1,567 bases of DNA from Naegleria gruberi (Eukaryota), in the NCBI GenBank assembly GCA_000004985.1, contig GG739377.1. The stretch is one strand, 5' to 3'. The stretch's first letter is position 1; every line of letters begins with the position of its first letter. A model generated the notes under the pieces. It ran no database searches. It was not told where the DNA came from and saw only the letters and a list, made by a program, of their open reading frames with translations. The position numbers were made by a program, and so were the translations under genes. Of the stretch, positions 1 through 1,567 are shown one piece after another.

Positions 1-2
1 AT

Positions 3-158
3 CCAATGTTTATCCATGCAGAAGAATGTTCAATCCATTGTGTAATGATCACAATGTTTCGTACGGCAGTGATATCCAAGGTCATTGGAAGAGTTTACGT
101 TTTTGAAGAATCAGGAAGTGGTTGCATCAAAGATGAGTTGCTCATCACCTGTAATTGA
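3..158 (+). CDS. Candidate 3'-terminal coding segment of a convergent plus-strand gene (frame 3, open to the left window edge, TGA stop at 156-158); product unknown
   Basis: My hand translation of frame 3 gives PMFIHAEECSIHCVMITMFRTAVISKVIGRVYVFEESGSGCIKDELLITCN*. There is no stop for 51 codons from the window edge. The composition is mixed hydrophobic and charged, which looks globular, and codons are mostly A/T-ending. It overlaps the minus-strand ORF 95..277 over 95-155, so both cannot be coding. A GTAATT immediately after position 150 could alternatively be a splice donor. Confidence 0.3.
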   Translation, partial: PMFIHAEECSIHCVMITMFRTAVISKVIGRVYVFEESGSGCIKDELLITCN

Positions 159-274
159 AATTGAGGAGAATAAGGATCCAGAGACTGAATTCGATGAGAA
201 AGGTTCATGCAAGATACCACAGCTAATATAACACTATTCGAAATTGTAATTGGTGTCTGAGGCAAAAAGTCCAT
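95..274 (-). CDS. Alternative candidate small ORF or exon on the minus strand (59 aa from the ATG at 272-274; the track's first 'M' is a GTG at 275-277); product unknown
   Basis: The ORF is stop-bounded (TAG at 281-283 upstream in the minus sense, TAA at 95-97). The sequence MDFLPQTPITISNSVILAVVSCMNLSHRIQSLDPYSPQFQLQVMSNSSLMQPLPDSSKT has no recognisable motif. It lies only about 110 nt beyond the AATAAA of the upstream minus gene. It may be an antisense shadow of the plus frame-3 segment. Confidence 0.18.
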   Translation of the reverse strand: MDFLPQTPITISNSVILAVVSCMNLSHRIQSLDPYSPQFQLQVMSNSSLMQPLPDSSKT

Positions 275-384
275 CACACACTATGATTTCTTGGTACAAA
301 GTCACCGGAGAAATTTGTATATCCTACTATTCCTCATCACACCGGCAGTGGAAGATCTGTGGACAAAATCTAATTATTTCAAAT

Positions 385-390
385 TTTATT
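385..390 (-). promoter_or_regulatory. Candidate polyadenylation signal (AATAAA on the minus strand) for the minus-strand gene
   Basis: Plus-strand tttatt at 385-390 is AATAAA on the minus strand. It lies 235 nt downstream (in the minus sense) of the TAA stop at 625-627. No other tttatt occurs in 278-624. An ATTAAA at 624-629 overlaps the stop codon and is too close to be functional. The signal sits in the loop of a short AT-rich inverted repeat (tatttcaa 375-382 / ttgaaata 392-399). Confidence 0.4.
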
Positions 391-510
391 ATTGAAATAG
401 TTTGAATTCTTCATACCAGGCGAAAGCTCTTTCAAGTTGGCCAATAATTTAAAGAAGGGATTGTATGTGCGAGGTTACACATAATGTAAATTACAAAATA
501 CTTTTTTTCC

Positions 511-644
511 GTAAGTATGTCATTAGCAACTGACATTCTTCTAAATTTAGTCAGAAAGTATTTCATTACTAAATGGCGATCTATTATTTGAATCTTTAAC
601 CTTATTGTTTACAATTTAAATACTTTAATGGTTTGGTTCTGCAG
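511..644 (+). other. Candidate plus-strand intron (134 nt): donor GTAAGTATGT at 511-520, acceptor tggttctgCAG at 634-644, AG-free zone 559-642
   Basis: At 511 the sequence is cc|gtaagtatgt, which matches the GTAAGT metazoan donor consensus and also contains the GTATGT fungal donor consensus. At 642-644 a cag is preceded by the pyrimidine-rich gtttggttctg. The last AG upstream is at 557-558, so 559-642 (84 nt) is AG-free, as in a branchpoint-to-acceptor exclusion zone. Branchpoint-like tactaaa lies at 567-573 and ttaac at 597-601. No convincing flanking plus-strand coding exons were found. Confidence 0.22.
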
Positions 645-1567
645 AGTTTGTGGATTGATCGCTGCTGGCATCATCACTGCACGACGATGATTCGTTATCT
701 GATGAATTTGAATCATCTTGTTGCTTCTGTTCATCTGTTGTGGACACAGTTTTCTTTCTTCCTCTTGGAATTGATCCAGGTTTTCTAGGTCTACCTCTAG
801 GTCTCTTTGGCAAACTTTGTATTCTCAATTGTTCAGTTTTAAACGATTCCAAAGTATGCATAGAAAAGTTACATGTTAATGTTGATTCTGGGGATGGTCT
901 ATGCTTTTCTAGTTTCGAGCTCTTCTTAACGCCACTACAAGGTATCATAAGGCTTGGAATTTCCTCTCGAGTTGAAGAATCCGATGAAGATGCCATGGAT
1001 TTATGCATTGAAATAGCTTTAGAGGAAATTGGAGAAATTGATTGGTTAACAACATGATGGACTGTATTCAAATCAATTGTGTTGTTGGATGCATGTTGAT
1101 TCATGGAAGAGGATGCTTCGTGATGAGATGTGAGAGCATTTAAATTATTCGAAAGGATTAAACTGGTGGAAGCATGTGTTGATGAGAATAACACATTACT
1201 GCTTGAACTACTTTCATGTTGCTGATGTTGATTATGTAAAGCATTCATCAAGAGTAGCGATACATTTTCATGAGAAAAATCATCTTCAATAGATGATTTG
1301 TGTCCAATAGAAATTGTTTGCTTTAGTGGGTTGACCACCACATGTGTTGACTCATTGTTGATGTTCAGCTGTACAGATGGTTGTTGATGATGTGAAGAAT
1401 GTATTGGTAACTTTTCCAAAACCATGTATAATTGGAATATTTGCTCTGGAGAAAGCTGTTTCAGTAACTTTTCTTGAATGTACTGTAAACTGTCTTGTGT
1501 TGGAATTTGTTGTTGATGTATATTTGGTGAAGCAGATAATGAAGTGGAATAGGTATTATGGTTAAAG
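625..1567 (-). CDS. 5'-partial CDS (3'-terminal part with stop) of a low-complexity Ser/Asn/His/Gln-rich protein. It has two tandem AT-hook DNA-binding motifs and an acidic Ser/Asp-rich C-terminal tail. Putative HMGA-like nuclear DNA-binding protein.
   Basis: I translated the minus strand by hand. The frame has no stop from 1566 down to the TAA at 625-627 (314 codons). The listed 266-aa ORF (ATG at 1423-1425) is the downstream part of the same frame. Upstream of that ATG the frame continues with a similar composition (...STSLSASPNIHQQQIPTQDSLQYIQEKLLKQLSPEQIFQLYM...), so the ATG is probably internal. Codon usage is consistently A/T-ending (AGA Arg, CCA/CCT Pro, TCA/TCT Ser, GAA, CAT, AAT), as expected for a real gene in an AT-rich eukaryote. 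An open run of 314 codons is very unlikely by chance at this base composition. Function is inferred only from the motifs KRPRGRPRK and IPRGRKK. Confidence 0.75.
   Translation of the reverse strand, partial: FNHNTYSTSLSASPNIHQQQIPTQDSLQYIQEKLLKQLSPEQIFQLYMVLEKLPIHSSHHQQPSVQLNINNESTHVVVNPLKQTISIGHKSSIEDDFSHENVSLLLMNALHNQHQQHESSSSSNVLFSSTHASTSLILSNNLNALTSHHEASSSMNQHASNNTIDLNTVHHVVNQSISPISSKAISMHKSMASSSDSSTREEIPSLMIPCSGVKKSSKLEKHRPSPESTLTCNFSMHTLESFKTEQLRIQSLPKRPRGRPRKPGSIPRGRKKTVSTTDEQKQQDDSNSSDNESSSCSDDASSDQSTNSAEPNH
751..807 (-). other. Coding segment for two tandem AT-hook motifs (K-R-P-R-G-R-P-R-K-P-G-S-I-P-R-G-R-K-K) inside the minus-strand CDS (aa 207-225 of the 266-aa ORF)
   Basis: The reverse complement of 751..807 is AAG AGA CCT AGA GGT AGA CCT AGA AAA CCT GGA TCA ATT CCA AGA GGA AGA AAG AAA. 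The R-G-R-P core flanked by basic residues and Pro defines the AT-hook minor-groove-binding motif (established knowledge). A second, degenerate core P-R-G-R-K-K follows 6 residues later. Confidence 0.7.
785..805. repeat. Perfect 9-nt direct repeat (plus: tctaggtct acc tctaggtct; minus sense: AGACCTAGA GGT AGACCTAGA) underlying the RPR-G-RPR duplication in the AT-hook
   Basis: Read directly from the sequence at 781-806. The two 9-mers are identical and separated by one codon. Confidence 0.85.

Noticed and set aside
275-277. The 'M' start of ORF 95..277 in the supplied track
   Set aside because: The codon is GTG (reverse complement of cac at 275-277). It is translated as Met only under a prokaryotic alternative-start convention, and the sequence looks eukaryotic. 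The first real ATG is at 272-274.
372-402. Hairpin considered as a rho-independent transcription terminator
   Set aside because: The stem is short and all A/T apart from one G-C pair. There is no adjacent U-tract in the correct orientation, and the locus appears eukaryotic, where intrinsic terminators do not apply.
464-483. Small inverted repeat tatgtg ... cacata with the 9-nt palindrome acataatgt
   Set aside because: Six-base stems of this kind are expected by chance in AT-rich non-coding DNA. No flanking structure suggests a TIR, an operator or an RNA gene.
624-629. ATTAAA polyA-signal variant on the minus strand
   Set aside because: It overlaps the TAA stop codon itself. It is too close to the end of the CDS to be a functional polyadenylation signal, and AATAAA at 385-390 is better placed.
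740-1057. 105-aa plus-strand ORF (MDTVFFLPLGIDPGFLG...)
   Set aside because: It lies entirely antisense to the well-supported minus-strand CDS. The antisense of a Ser/Arg/Pro-rich coding region is stop-poor by composition. It has no motif and is most likely a shadow ORF.
1377-1565. 62-aa plus-strand ORF at the right edge
   Set aside because: Antisense shadow of the minus-strand CDS, which is open through this whole region. It has no independent support.
1-1567. Search for CRISPR repeats, tRNA/rRNA-like structure, transposase or integrase ORFs, long tandem repeats
   Set aside because: There are no spaced direct repeats, no cloverleaf-compatible GC-rich stems and no long ORF other than the AT-hook gene. 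The only exact repeat is the 9-mer inside the CDS.

Overview
This 1567-bp window is AT-rich (about one-third G+C by eye) and reads as eukaryotic nuclear DNA, not a prokaryotic locus. One minus-strand open frame dominates. It is open from the right window edge (1567) down to a TAA stop at 625-627, so the CDS is 5'-partial and at least 314 codons long. The 266-aa M-to-stop ORF in the supplied track is its 3' part. The encoded protein is low-complexity and Ser/Asn/His/Gln-rich. It has no recognisable catalytic domain. It carries two tandem AT-hook cores (KRPRGRPRKPGSIPRGRKK) followed by an acidic Ser/Asp-rich C-terminal tail, which suggests an HMGA-like nuclear DNA-binding protein. Below the stop, positions 278-624 are AT-rich with no long ORF, and the only canonical minus-strand AATAAA lies at 385-390. 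This is consistent with a roughly 250-nt 3' UTR. The left 280 bp hold two short open frames on opposite strands that overlap: plus frame 3 (3..158, open to the left edge) and minus (95..277). I cannot tell which one, if either, is coding. The plus strand also carries a splice-donor-like GTAAGT at 511 and a pyrimidine-tract/CAG acceptor-like site at 642-644, separated by an 84-nt AG-free stretch. That is a candidate intron of unknown transcript. I see no rRNA, tRNA, CRISPR array, IS element, Shine-Dalgarno-led operon or defence-system-like architecture. Nothing here supports an undescribed multi-gene system. The AT-hook protein is the most interesting object. The supplied ORF track treats GTG as a start codon (prokaryotic convention), which is inappropriate for this sequence.
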